From Nemertoderma westbladi (Eukaryota; Animalia; Xenacoelomorpha), in the NCBI GenBank assembly GCA_032718475.1, contig JAUCBJ010002985.1:1-64000 (forward strand): a stretch of 64,000 nt of DNA. The letters are read 5' to 3'. Positions 26,001 to 39,073 of the stretch are shown here, piece after piece (positions within the stretch are counted from its first letter, which is position 1; the number at the start of each line of letters is the position of its first letter). The notes beneath the pieces were generated by a model. It was not told the origin of the DNA, searched no databases, and saw only the letters and a list, made by a program, of their open reading frames with translations. The translations under genes were made by a program, and so were the position numbers.

Positions 26001-29000
26001 ATTGGATCTAATATAGAGAGAGGGGAGATCATAGGATCTAATATAGAGAGAGGGGAGATCATCTAATATAGAGAGAGGGGAGATCATTGGATCTAATATA
26101 GAGAGAGGGGAGATCATTGGATCTAATATAGAGAGAGGGGAGATCATTGGATCTAATATAGAGAGAGGGGAGATCATAGGATCTAATATAGAGAGAGGGG
26201 AGATACTAGGATCTAATATAGAGAGAGGGGAGATACTATGATCTAATATAGAGAGAGGGGAGATCATAGGATCCAATATAGAGAGAGGGGAGATCATAGG
26301 ATCTAATATAGAGAGAGGGGAGATCATAGGATCTAATATAGAGAGAGGGGAGATCATAGGATCTAATATAGAGAGAGGGGAGATCATCTAATATAGAGAG
26401 AGGGGAGATCATTGGATCTAATATAGAGAGAGGGGAGATCATCTAATATAGAGAGAGGGGAGATCATTGGATCTAATATAGAGAGAGGGGAGATCATAGG
26501 ATCTAATATAGAGAGAGGGGAGATCATCTAATATAGAGAGAGGGGAGATCATTGGATCTAATATAGAGAGAGGGGAGATCATCTAATATAGAGAGAGGGG
26601 AGATCATCTAATATAGAGAGAGGGGAGATCATTGGATCTAATATAGAGAGAGGGGAGATCTAGGATCTAATATAGAGAGAGGGGAGATCATTGGATCTAA
26701 TATAGAGAGAGGGGAGATCATTGGATCTAATATAGAGAGAGGGGAGATACTAGGATCTAATATAGAGAGAGGGGAGATCATCTAATATAGAGAGTGGGGA
26801 GATCATAGGATCTAATATAGAGAGAGGGGAGATCATAGGATCTAATATAGAGAGAGGGGAGATCATTGGATCTAATATAGAGAGAGGGGAGATCATAGGA
26901 TCTAATATAGAGAGAGGGGAGATCATTGGATCTAATATAGAGAGAGGGGAGATCATAGGATCTAATATAGAGAGAGGGGAGATCATCTAATATAGAGAGA
27001 GGGGAGATCATAGGATCTAATATAGAGAGAGGGGAGATCATTGGATCTAATATAGAGAGAGGGGAGATCATTGGATCTAATATAGAGAGAGGGGAGATCA
27101 TTGGATCTAATATAGAGAGAGGGGAGATCATTGGATCTAATATAGAGAGAGGGGAGATCATAGGATCTAATATAGAGAGAGGGGAGATCATAGGATCTAA
27201 TATAGAGAGAGGGGAGATCATAGGATCTAATATAGAGAGAGGGGAGATCATCTAATATAGAGAGAGGGGAGATCATTGGATCTAATATAGAGAGAGGGGA
27301 GATACTAGGATCTAATATAGAGAGAGGGGAGATCATCTAATATAGAGAGAGGGGAGATCATAGGATCTAATATAGAGAGAGGGGAGATCATAGGATCTAA
27401 TATAGAGAGAGGGGAGATCATTGGATCTAATATAGAGAGAGGGGAGATCATTGGATCTAATATAGAGAGAGGGGAGATAATAGGATCTAATATAGAGAGA
27501 GGGGAGATCATCTAATATAGAGAGAGGGGAGATCATAGGATCTAATATAGAGAGAGGGGAGATCATAGGATCTAATATAGAGAGAGGGGAGATCATTGGA
27601 TCTAATATAGAGAGAGGGGAGATACTAGGATCTAATATAGAGAGAGGGGAGATCATCTAATATAGAGAGTGGGGAGATCATAGGATCTAATATAGAGAGA
27701 GGGGAGATCATTGGATCTAATATAGAGAGAGGGGAGATCATAGGATCTAATGTAGAGAGAGGGGAGATCATTGGATCTAATATAGAGATAGGGGAGATCT
27801 TAGGATCTAATATAGAGAGAGGGGAGATCTTAGGATCTAATATAGAGAGAGGGGAGATCATCTAATATAGAGAGTGGGGAGATCATAGGATCTAATATAG
27901 AGAGAGGGGAGATCATTGGATCTAATATAGAGAGAGGGGAGATCATAGGATCTAATGTAGAGTGAGGGGAGATCATTGGATCTAATATAGAGATAGGGGA
28001 GATCTTAGGATCTAATATAGAGAGAGGGGAGATCATAGGATCTAATATAGAGAGAGGGGAGATCATTGGATCTAATATAGAGAGAGGGGAGATCATAGGA
28101 TCTAATATAGAGAGAGGGGAGATCATCTAATATAGAGAGAGGGGAGATCATCTAATATAGAGAGAGGGGAGATAATAGGATCTAATATAGAGAGAGGGGA
28201 GATCATTGGATCTAATATAGAGAGAGGGGAGATCATAGGATCTAATATAGAGAGAGGGGAGATCATCTAATATAGAGAGAGGGGAGATCATCTAATATAG
28301 AGAGAGGGGAGATCATAGGATCTAATATAGAGAGAGGGGAGATCATTGGATCTAATATAGAGAGAGGGGAGATCATAGGATCTAATATAGAGAGAGGGGA
28401 GATCATAGGATCTAATATAGAGAGAGGGGAGATCATTGGATCTAATATAGAGAGAGGGGAGATCATTGGATCTAATATATAGAGAGGGGAGATCATCTAA
28501 TATAGAGAGAGGGGAGATCATCTAATATAGAGAGAGGGGAGATCATAGGATCTAATATAGAGAGAGGGGAGATCATTGGATCTAATATAGAGAGAGGGGA
28601 GATCATAGGATCTAATATAGAGAGAGGGGAGATCATAGGATCTAATATAGAGAGAGGGGAGATCATAGGATCTAATATAGAGAGAGGGGAGATCATCTAA
28701 TATAGAGAGAGGGGAGATCATAGGATCTAATATAGAGAGAGGGGAGATCATTGGATCTAATATAGAGAGAGGGGAGATCATTGGATCTAATATAGAGAGA
28801 GGGGAGATCATTGGATCTAATATAGAGAGAGGGGAGATCATTGGATCTAATATAGAGAGAGGGGAGTTCATAGGATCTAATATAGAGAGAGGGGAGATCA
28901 TAGGATCTAATATAGAGAGATGGGAGATCATAGGATCTAATATAGAGAGAGGGGAGATCATTGGATCTAATGTAGAGAGAGGGGAGATAATAGGATCTAA

Positions 29001-31804
29001 TATAGAGAGAGAGAGGAGATCATAGGATCTAATATAGAGAGAGGGGAGATCATAGGATCTAATATAGAGAGAGGGGAGATCATTGGATCTAATATAGAGA
29101 GAGGGGAGATCATATGATCTAATATAGAGAGAGGGGAGATCATTGGATCTAATGTAGAGAGAGGGGAGATAATAGGATCTAATATAGAGAGAGAGAGGAG
29201 ATCATTGGATCTAATATAGAGAGAGGGGAGATCATTGGATCTAATATAGAGAGAGGGGAGTTCATAGGATCTAATATAGAGAGAGGGGAGATCATAGGAT
29301 CTAATATAGAGAGATGGGAGATCATAGGATCTAATATAGAGAGAGGGGAGATCATTGGATCTAATGTAGAGAGAGGGGAGATAATAGGATCTAATATAGA
29401 GAGAGAGAGGAGATCATTGGATCTAATATAGAGAGAGGGGAGATCATTGGATCTAATATAGAGAGAGGGGAGTTCATAGGATCTAATATAGAGAGAGGGG
29501 AGATCATCTAATATAGAGAGAGGGGAGATAATAGGATCTAATATAGAGAGAGAGAGGAGATCATTGGATCTAATATAGAGAGAGGGGAGATCATTGGATC
29601 TAATATAGAGAGAGGGGAGATCATAGGATCTAATATAGAGAGAGGGGAGATCATCTAATATAGAGAGAGGGGAGATAATAGGATCTAATATAGAGAGAGA
29701 GAGGAGATCATTGGATCTAATATAGAGAGAGGGGAGATCATTGGATCTAATATAGAGAGAGGGGAGTTCATAGGATCTAATATAGAGAGAGGGGAGATCA
29801 TAGGATCTAATATAGAGAGATGGGAGATCATAGGATCTAATATAGAGAGAGGGGAGATCATTGGATCTAATGTAGAGAGAGGGGAGATAATAGGATCTAA
29901 TATAGAGAGAGAGAGGAGATCATAGGATCTAATATAGAGAGAGGGGAGATCATAGGATCTAATATAGAGAGAGGGGAGATCATTGGATCTAATATAGAGA
30001 GAGGGGAGATCATATGATCTAATATAGAGAGAGGGGAGATCATTGGATCTAATGTAGAGAGAGGGGAGATAATAGGATCTAATATAGAGAGAGAGAGGAG
30101 ATCATAGGATCTAATATAGAGAGAGGGGAGATCATAGGATCTAATATAGAGAGAGGGGAGATCATCTAATATAGAGAGAGGGGAGATCATAGGATCTAAT
30201 ATAGAGAGAGGGGAGATCATTGGATCTAATATAGAGAGAGGGGAGATCATTGGATCTAATATAGAGAGAGGGGAGATCATTGGATCTAATATAGAGAGAG
30301 GGGAGATCATTGGATCTAATATAGAGAGAGGGGAGTTCATAGGATCTAATATAGAGAGAGGGGAGATCATAGGATCTAATATAGAGAGATGGGAGATCAT
30401 AGGATCTAATATAGAGAGAGGGGAGATCATTGGATCTAATGTAGAGAGAGCGGAGATAATAGGATCTAATATAGAGAGAGAGAGGAGATCATAGGATCTA
30501 ATATAGAGAGAGGGGAGATCATAGGATCTAATATAGAGAGAGGGGAGATCATTGGATCTAATATAGAGAGAGGGGAGATCATATGATCTAATATAGAGAG
30601 AGGGGAGATCATTGGATCTAATGTAGAGAGAGGGGAGATAATAGGATCTAATATAGAGAGAGAGAGGAGATCATAGGATCTAATATAGAGAGAGGGGAGA
30701 TCATAGGATATAATGTAGAGATAGGGGAGATCATAATATCTAATATAGAGAGGGGAGATCATAGGATCTAATATAGAGAGAGAGAGGAGATCATAGGATC
30801 TAATATAGAGAGAGGGGAGATCATAGGATCTAATGTAGAGATAGGGGAGATCATAGGATCTAATGTAGAGATAGGGGAGATCATAGGATCTAATATAGAG
30901 AGAGGGGAGATCATAGGATCTAATATAGAGAGAGGGGAGATCATAGGATCTAATATAGAGAGAGGGGAGATCATAGGATCTAATATAGAGAGAGGGGAGA
31001 TCATTGGATCTAATATAGAGAGAGGGGAGATCATTGGATCTAATATAGAGAGAGGGGAGATGATAGGATCTAATATAGAGAGAGGGGAGATCATTGGATC
31101 TAATATAGAGAGAGGGGAGATCATATGATCTAATATAGAGAGAGGGGAGATCATTGGATCTAATGTAGAGAGAGGGGAGATAATAGGATCTAATATAGAG
31201 AGAGAGAGGAGATCATAGGATCTAATATAGAGAGAGGGGAGATCATAGGATCTAATGTAGAGATAGGGGAGATCATAGGATCTAATGTAGAGATAGGGGA
31301 GATCATAGGATCTAATATAGAGAGGGGAGATCATAGGATCTAATATAGAGAGAGGGGAGATCATCTAATATAGAGAGAGGGGAGATCATAGGATCTAATA
31401 TAGAGAGAGGGGAGATCATAGGATCTAATATAGAGAGAGGGGAGATCATTGGATCTAATATAGAGAGAGGGGAGATCATAGGATCTAATATAGAGAGAGG
31501 GGAGATCATAGGATCTAATATAGAGAGAGGGGAGATCATAGGATCTAATGTAGAGAGAGGGGAGATACTAGGATCTAATATAGAGAGAGGGGAGATCATC
31601 TAATATAGAGAGAGGGGAGATCATAGGATCTAATATAGAGAGAGGGGAGATCATTGGATCTAATATAGAGAGAGGGGAGATCATTGGATCTAATATAGAG
31701 AGAGGGGAGATCATAGGATCTAATATAGAGAGAGGGGAGATCATAGGATCTAATATAGAGAGAGGGGAGATCATCTAATATAGAGAGAGGGGAGATCATA
31801 GGAT
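23081..31804. repeat. 30-bp satellite array, right arm
   Basis: Same monomer as 7793-18996, plus ATACT-type and 32-bp (extra GA) variants. Confidence 0.99.
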
Positions 31805-31846
31805 GTAATAATATTTAAATATTTACAAACTGGCAATACAGTGCGG

Positions 31847-31866
31847 TATATATATATATATATATA
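31847..31866. repeat. (TA)n microsatellite
   Basis: Run of about 10 TA dinucleotides. Confidence 0.85.
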
Positions 31867-32461
31867 TTATTTTTTAGCCATTTTAGCCCCTACTATACTG
31901 TATTAAAACTATTCTGAGAGTGAAGTGCCCACGGGAACAGAACGAGTTCAGGTCAACGGGGCGAAAATACGTTCCACAGGAGAAACATAACTGACAGACA
32001 ATAATGAGGGAAAGGATCAGGTTTCAGAGACGTCTTTTTCTAACCAAAACAATAAACGTTGGTGTTACCAATTTAGGGAAAGGAGTAATAAAATGAAAAC
32101 CATTTCGACCCTTTGACTCTTTCGACCATTTAACCAGAAAAGAACGTGAACGGGCAAAATTTGTTTAATAAATAATGTTTAATGTTTAATTCACACAATG
32201 GTGACAATAAGTAAAACCAGTTACTGCATAAAACATTATATAAATAAAAACGAGATAGATCGATAAGTTTAAGAGATGCACCAATATACATTATGTGATT
32301 TTGTTAACATAAGGTTTACAGTTCGAAGATATACTTGGTGACGACAAGTAATACAATATAATTAATAATCATAGCAATTGCACAATATACGGAATGCGAT
32401 TCAAAGGCTCTAAGAGAACGAGCGATGTGTGTCTCATCTAGTCAGGTAATAGAATGTTGTA

Positions 32462-35400
32462 TTAGTTCAGTATCAGGTTTCTCTTTGTTTTAAATGTGGT
32501 GCCGCTCATATCAAACACTTCAGATATGAAGCTGGCATCCATGATTGTTTTTGGGGAAGGTTTGGTGGTATGAATACTTCCTAGCAGGTTCGTAATGTCG
32601 TATCTGTAGAAGATGAGCGACATCAGTTGTGGTAGACTGTAGCTTTTCCTAGCTAAATGATACAGACTGCTCAGCCCTATATAGGATCGGCCAGGGTGGA
32701 GTTTTGAAGTAAGGAAATGTTGAGAGCTGTCCTCAGATGAATGTTTGGGCATGTTTTAGCGCGTATAACGTTTTTTGACTGCTTCTCGAGATACATCCAC
32801 AGAGATTGGTCTAATCTGGGTAACATGGTGCATGGTGTCATTGGATACATAGTTTCCGATTTTTAGCAGAGACCTCAGTTTCTTTCTATAGAATGCATCA
32901 GTCCTCTCGAGGTTAGTAGGAGAAAGTGCTCCAAAGAGGTACTGAGACAGAAGATACTGGTACAAAGAGGTTTCAACGGGATAGTGTCTTGTTGTCCACC
33001 CATTTTGGTGAAAGATGCCACAGAACTGAGATACTATTTTGTGTATTTGGACTGAGGGTGTTGAGATTGGCAGACTTCCTATGTTAAACCCTAGGAAGAA
33101 CAAGTTATTTGATTTTGCTTACATCCTATTAATGATGTTCAGATGTTGTTTGAAAGGGGTATGCATACATCCTGGTAAAGCCGTCCAATATATCTTGACT
33201 GGGTCAATTGTTAGACCAATGTTCCCTAATTCTACACACAGGGTGGTTGCAAGGCGCTCCAAAGTCGTCGGATGTGATGCTAGTAGGCCAATGTCGTCGG
33301 CGTATGACGAAGAACCCATGTTTATGTTATACACTTTGTGTCCTATACCTGTGCTATGTAGAGCAGCGAATACGTCCTTGAGGAAGAAGTTGAATAGTAG
33401 TGGAGAGATAAGGGACCCTTGCTTAACTCCATTGTTCATCACAATACCTTCAGAGTCGATGACTGAGTCGAACTTTAGAAACATAATCCCCTTGCTATAA
33501 TAGTTCCATAAGAGTCTGCATATGAAGGGATTCAGTGTGCCACTTAGTTTCTAAAACAGCACACAGTAGTTGACGCTGTCGAACGCAGAGGCCACGTCCA
33601 TTTGGCAAAAATAGCTGACAGATCCTTGTGATCGCTATAGCTCAATACATTCTAGGACATTCGCTATAATCAGGTCTGATTTATTGATTGATTTTTTTTT
33701 ACACTGGTGGTAGAGCTGGCTAAAAACGTACTGCACCGAACATAATTACTAACTGTAAGGGGACATGTCGTAAAATGTTAAGTAAATTACATAATAGTTA
33801 TTTGAATGTGTAAAGTAAAAACATTCGATTATAAAAAAATTGTGAGTTAAAACCAAGTGTAAGGATAGCCTCATGAGGTATTAAACATCGTTTCCATGAG
33901 GGTCCTATAAATAAAAATAGTGGATAATATTAATGTTAAAGTTAAGAGGGGGGCTCAGCCTCGAATAGGTGTTTTCAGATATCTGTCCCAATAGGATCTT
34001 GGTATGCCCATTGGGTATCAAACGGAATGAGGATGGGTCGAAGATACTGGTCTAGTATTGCAGCTTCCATGATTTTTGCGAGAATGGATATTGATGATAT
34101 AGGCCTGTATGAGGTGGGACACATTATGTCCTTGTTTTTGATGCCAATCAATCAATGTCTCGCCCAGAATGTTGGGCACATACCCAGTTCGAATACAACT
34201 ATTTATCAATTTGGTAAGAGCAGAGAAGATAATGTCATCACATGCATCTACTGTAGTATATGTTCTTGAATCTGGTGCCTTGCCTGTTTTGAGTGAGAGA
34301 ACAGAGAACGGCTCTTTTAACTGTGGCAGTGGATAGCATTGGACCTGTGTTCCCTAAGGTTTGGCAGTTTTCATTCAAATGTTTCCCCATGCTGGCCCTT
34401 TCCTCTACTTGATCTTTGGCGATTTGGAATTTGGCTTTTTGGTGTTTATGCAGACTCATCCTCATATGTATTCCTGCACTTGATTGGTGGCATCCAAGTA
34501 GGCTTTTCCAAAATAGTTTAACTTTGCCCTTTTTGTGTTTCAGGTAGGAGTGTGAGTGTATGGTTTTATCCAAGTCCATCTTTAATAAGTAATTGCGCAG
34601 TTTCCTTACCAATTTTTTGGACTCATGAAATTTGGTTGCAAATTCATCACTTTTTAACTTTCCACGCTTTTTCCAAATATTGTATAGCGATGTAGAGGTT
34701 TTTACACGTTCATCCAAGTGCTGGTTTCTTAAGTGTTTCTTACCTCGTTTCTTCTTAATTATGATAACCTGTTTAATGTATTTATTTGCAACTGATGTAA
34801 TGATATGTTGTAGCTTGTTGGTGATGAGATCTATGTCAGTACTCTTCCATGTTTGGTCATTAGACATGCTGTCCAACATCTTTGTTATCTCTGAAAGTAT
34901 TTCTTATTTGTATTTGATTAAGTTATTGTGAGATATTTTCGACCAGTCATATCGTTGTTGACTGCAAGATTTATTACCACCACAGGAGTAAGTGTCACAT
35001 CGTTTGGCAGTAGAAGTTACCAATGAGATTGTAAGATTGATTGGAACGTCAATAGTAGTAGCTTACTAGGCCCTCATGAGTACCTGCAGCTGGTGTTTCT
35101 ATCGTCTATCGGGTATACATCCTTGAACAATAGACTGTTCTACTGATTTAGGAGCTAGCACATGGTCAATGTAACTATTAGAGACACCGTAGAAAGTGTT
35201 ACGGGGGCCGGTGAACTTATTACATGTATCCACTGCAGTTAGGGTATTATTTGCAATGAAGGAATTAAGTATCTTTCCTCTGCGGATTGGTTTTAGGCGT
35301 CCATATCTTGGGCCTTGAAGTGCGCCCAGGTCAGCATTTGTATCAGTGAGTATAACTGGGTTACACCTCGGGTATTTCATGATAATGGCTGTTAAGCATC

Positions 35401-35812
35401 CCAGAAAATCAGAGTAATCTGCCATGTTTTTCCCAGCATCAGGTGCATATGCACTGATATGTAGTAACTCCTCTTGTAGGTTTCCTTTGAGCCTGGCATG
35501 TATTCCAACAATATCTGTACCGGATCACACTTTCGTACAACTGCTGAATCTATCATGTTTGAAAGCTAGGGCCACACCCCCTTGACCACGGGGACAGTTT
35601 GGTTTTCTAGTGCCTGGTAAGTAATGGCAGGTAAAATTATCTCCGAATAGTGATGGTATTAGTTCTTTTGATTCAGTTCTGTCCAGCCAATGTTCCTGGA
35701 TTGCAAACACGTCACTGTTTAATCCTAACTTACTAATATAACTCCAGTTGCTAAGATGGCCGCGTACGTTAAAGCTTGTAAGATTTAGTTGCTGGACAGT
35801 GTCCTTATCCAT
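32462..35812 (-). pseudogene. LINE ORF2 (AP endonuclease + reverse transcriptase), fragmented
   Basis: APE motifs SFNVRG, AIQEHWL, GGVAL, TDTNAD and SYIDHVL. RT motifs MDVASAFDSV (~33570-33600), GVKQGSLISPLLF and YADD. Multiple stops and frameshifts. Confidence 0.9.
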
Positions 35813-36758
35813 GGTAGAGCTTGGGTTAAAAATAATGTGCTTGGCGATTTGGGTGGTCAGTGCTCAATTTGCTGTGGCCCCAGTCATATGTTCTAGAGCG
35901 GTTGAACCAGTCAGTGCATGTAATTCCCTGGGGCCAGAATTTACCATCCTTGTGTCCCTTTTATCCAAGTCGACTTCTACCTTAAAGTTTTTGCAGTTGT
36001 TTGTAATTCTAGTTGTTATTCGATATGCCTCCACATTATGATTATATAGGTATTCAGTGATGTCCTCTTATAGTATGCTTCTTATGAACATCATTGATAA
36101 AGTTTGTCCTTCTTTGTTTCGCTGCTTGGAGGTTTACCTTATTATCTGTTTTGTGTTTGGTGAGGTAGTGGTGTATAAGTTTTGGTGACCCTTTATTATG
36201 GATTGAATGGCCTTCAAATTTTTCCCTGGCTGATTGTGAGTACCTTGGTGCTGTTGGTGAAGGTTGGTGCTGGATAGACCTATGTTGGAGACTTTTTGCC
36301 GGGTTGCATTCATCCTTCTTTGTGTTGTGTCATGGGTGTACACGTGGCGTTTATCACCGCTCTGCTTCAGTGGTGAATTGACTATGTCTCTATGGGTTTT
36401 TTTATTACCTGTTTGTCTCCATGGAGTTCTGTTGTGTATCTCTTCACCTTTGTTGCTAAGATGCTCAAATCTATTGTCTATTGTACGTGGAAGTTGTGGA
36501 TTGATGTTTACTATTTGTGTTTGTCATGTTGGTGTTGATGGTGTTCTTGCTGCTGTTGTTAGGTCTACTTGGTTTAGATGTATTTTGGATCCACTCAGAC
36601 TTGGTACTTTTACTGCGCTGTTGATGCGCTACTGCTGGAGAGTTGTCATGGTATGAATCAAGTGTTATAAGGTCATCTGATTCAGCCTCGTTGTCAACGT
36701 CAGCTGTGACAAGATTAACTGGTAAGAGATTATTTTCATTCATTAGATCAGATACCTT
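35813..36758 (-). pseudogene. LINE ORF1, C-terminal part
   Basis: Low-complexity N/T/S-rich fragments (36471-36743, 36134-36343) directly upstream of ORF2. The frame joins 54957-55076 across the Polinton. Confidence 0.7.
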
Positions 36759-37103
36759 AGTAGTATATGTTTGTATGACACTGCACCAAGGTCACCTATA
36801 GTCCATCATTACCATCCATTTTTAGTACTGCATCCAATCAGAAGCCACCATTTCATCCTTTACCAGTGGTCGTTATTATTTCAACCAATCAGATGACAGC
36901 ATTTCATCCGTAACCATGGTAACTTCTCAAGTTCCCGCTTATTCCGCTAGAGGCGTTATTAGTCACCCAACGCTAGTACTGCATCCAATCACCAACCTTT
37001 ATTTTATAGATGCTAGGGGTGTCTACAGGTAACTTCTACTATTTTTCAAATCGCTATTTTTCAGCAACCAGTATTTTCACCTTCACCAACCTTTATTTTA
37101 CAG
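36759..37103 (+). repeat. Polinton left TIR
   Basis: Reverse complement of 54612-54956; no mismatch found on manual comparison. Confidence 0.97.
36910..36923. promoter_or_regulatory. RFX X-box-like near-palindrome in the TIR, among three CCAAT boxes
   Basis: GTAACCATGGTAAC fits the X-box consensus GTNRCC(N0-3)RGYAAC. CCAATC occurs at ~36834, 36885 and 36985. Mirrored in the right TIR. Confidence 0.45.
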
Positions 37104-37245
37104 GTGTTCAGGTGTCTACACTTAGCATCAGGTAACTTCTACTATTTTTCAAATCGTAATTTATCACCAACCTTTATCTTACAGATGCTAGAGTTGTCTA
37201 CAGGTAACTTCTACTATTTTTCAAATCGCTATTTTTCACCAACCA
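36990..37245. repeat. Subterminal ~85-95-bp repeats (3 copies left, 2 inverted copies right at ~54571-54725)
   Basis: CACCAACCTTTATTTTA...GTGTCTACAGGTAACTTCTACTATTTTTCA is repeated. Confidence 0.85.
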
Positions 37246-37797
37246 ATACATATTCATCTTCGCATAGCCTAACCTCGCGATGCATGGCTAGCTCCCAACC
37301 CATCGCTACTCAATCCACAGCTGTTACCCACCCAACCAACAGCGATGCTTGCCTATCCCTAATGTTATTCACCTTTTCGCCACGTTACCACCACCGCCAC
37401 GCTACCACCACTGTATACTGTATATGGTGACGACGTGGCCATCTACACACAACACACATATATTATATTATATCGATTGCCAACTCCTCGACTGCTGTCG
37501 CCAAACCAACCACCCAGTATGATACATGAAATTCCACCACGTTCCAGCTACGCGTATACGAGCATTAGTGATTATTATTATTACGCAATAATTTTTGTTT
37601 AAACTGCATTTCCCTACCGGCTAATCAACCAATCAATAATCCGAATTTAGGCTATTTCTCAGTTTAAGACCTGTATTATTTTTGAAAATATCTTATATAT
37701 ATAATCTCTTGCTTTAATCACAATTTATCATTTGTAATGGTTTTAGTTTAAAAGTTTTTACTTTGTTTGTTTGATTTACAATAAAATAAATTAAATA

Positions 37798-38241
37798 ATG
37801 TCTTCTGATTCCGATATGGTTATGCCAATAGTAAGGCATTCATTTTTTGCAGAAGATGGTGAAGCCTATATTGTTATTGATTATACAATTTACCGTTGGG
37901 GAGATGATAAATATAAAATTGAGTTTTCTGAAAAAGCCAGGAAAGTTTTAAGCTCAATTGATATTGATGCTTCTGATAATAGTATTCATCTCTTAGATTA
38001 CAACCTGAAAGTTGAGCATGAGGGAAAATTAAGCAACATCTTACTATTATCCATGATAGAGGGGTTAATTGTTATTACACAATACAACGAAGCTGGTGAA
38101 AAGTTTGAAATACAGCTAAATCGCCATAATCCCTACGAAATTATGTCTTTCTTTATTGTAATGATTTCAAAAGAATCCTTTGTCGAAACTGAAGAATCAA
38201 CAGATAATGTTGAATATGTTGATAATATCATTGATTCTTGA
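37798..38241 (+). CDS. Polinton hypothetical acidic protein (147 aa)
   Basis: Clean ORF with the AAATAATG start context shared by other element genes, preceded by CCAAT/TATA-like sequence. No motif recognised. Confidence 0.6.
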   Translation: MSSDSDMVMPIVRHSFFAEDGEAYIVIDYTIYRWGDDKYKIEFSEKARKVLSSIDIDASDNSIHLLDYNLKVEHEGKLSNILLLSMIEGLIVITQYNEAGEKFEIQLNRHNPYEIMSFFIVMISKESFVETEESTDNVEYVDNIIDS

Positions 38242-38403
38242 CTTTTCCCCCTATATTATAAATATTTTATGATTATATATAAAATTTTGATGTTTTTAAA
38301 TAATCGAAAATTGTAGTAGTATAACAGTATACCGTATAACAGATTTGTTTGTTGTTGTTGTGTATTGAGGTAATTATTTTCAATTTACTTTAAAATTTGG
38401 AAA

Positions 38404-38751
38404 ATGGATATTTTAAATGAAAAATGTCCAGTTTGCTATTCTAAGTTATTGCAACAACATCAAGATTATTATAAATGTGAAAATAAACATGCAACTTGCG
38501 TACAATGTATTGTACAATATTCCGAAATGAATAATTATTGTTCTAAAATTTGTCCTATTTGTCGCGCACCCATATCTAAGTTTAATATAAAGTTGGCAAG
38601 ATACCAACCCTATTATTGGAAAGAGCTTCGCAATATAACTTATATTTCTGCGGAAAGTAATGATCCAGGAGATTTATTTACAATATTGGAGAATATTTTT
38701 TATAGAAATGTAGTACGACGGTGTTGCTACTATATTCCTTATTTTTTTTAG
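38404..38751 (+). CDS. C3HC4 RING-finger protein (putative E3 ubiquitin ligase)
   Basis: CPVC-x13-CENKHATCVQC-x14-CPICR. Confidence 0.8.
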   Translation: MDILNEKCPVCYSKLLQQHQDYYKCENKHATCVQCIVQYSEMNNYCSKICPICRAPISKFNIKLARYQPYYWKELRNITYISAESNDPGDLFTILENIFYRNVVRRCCYYIPYFF

Positions 38752-39073
38752 CAGCGAACATAAAAAAATCATTAGCGCGAAATTCTCGGGAAGTGATTTC
38801 CAAACCGCCGATGTTACCTATCATTATTTCGCGTATAAAGATGCTCACCATGCTTGAAATTACATCAGTCTATACTATAATTGGAAATAGCACCTTTTGT
38901 TGCAGCGAGCGTCACATACTGTAGCGGCGTCATATGTTAATTAAATATACAGTACTCTAATATTGTAGTTACCTCAATTATTGTTATATACATAGTAATG
39001 GTGATGGTTTATTGATATTGATATTTATATTATATTATATTGTATTGTTGATATATCTTAATAATAATAATAA

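Larger units (their letters stand above)
32160..36758 (-). mobile_element. Decayed two-ORF APE-type LINE (CR1/L2-like group), 3' portion
   Basis: ORF2 fragments with APE and RT motifs, and the ORF1 C-terminal part. A putative (ATTAAAC)n-like 3' tail lies at ~32163-32190. The 3' boundary is approximate. Confidence 0.8.

Noticed and set aside
7779-31799. Dozens of ORFs encoding MISPLSILDP / DLPSLYIRS repeats
   Set aside because: They are by-products of a 30-bp stop-poor satellite. Frames break at each 25-bp monomer, and there is no unique coding sequence.
7793-31804. CRISPR-like appearance (30-bp repeat with a dyad)
   Set aside because: Monomers are head-to-tail with no unique spacers, there are no cas genes, and the context is eukaryotic. 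The same applies to the 58050-63195 and 2548-3995 arrays.
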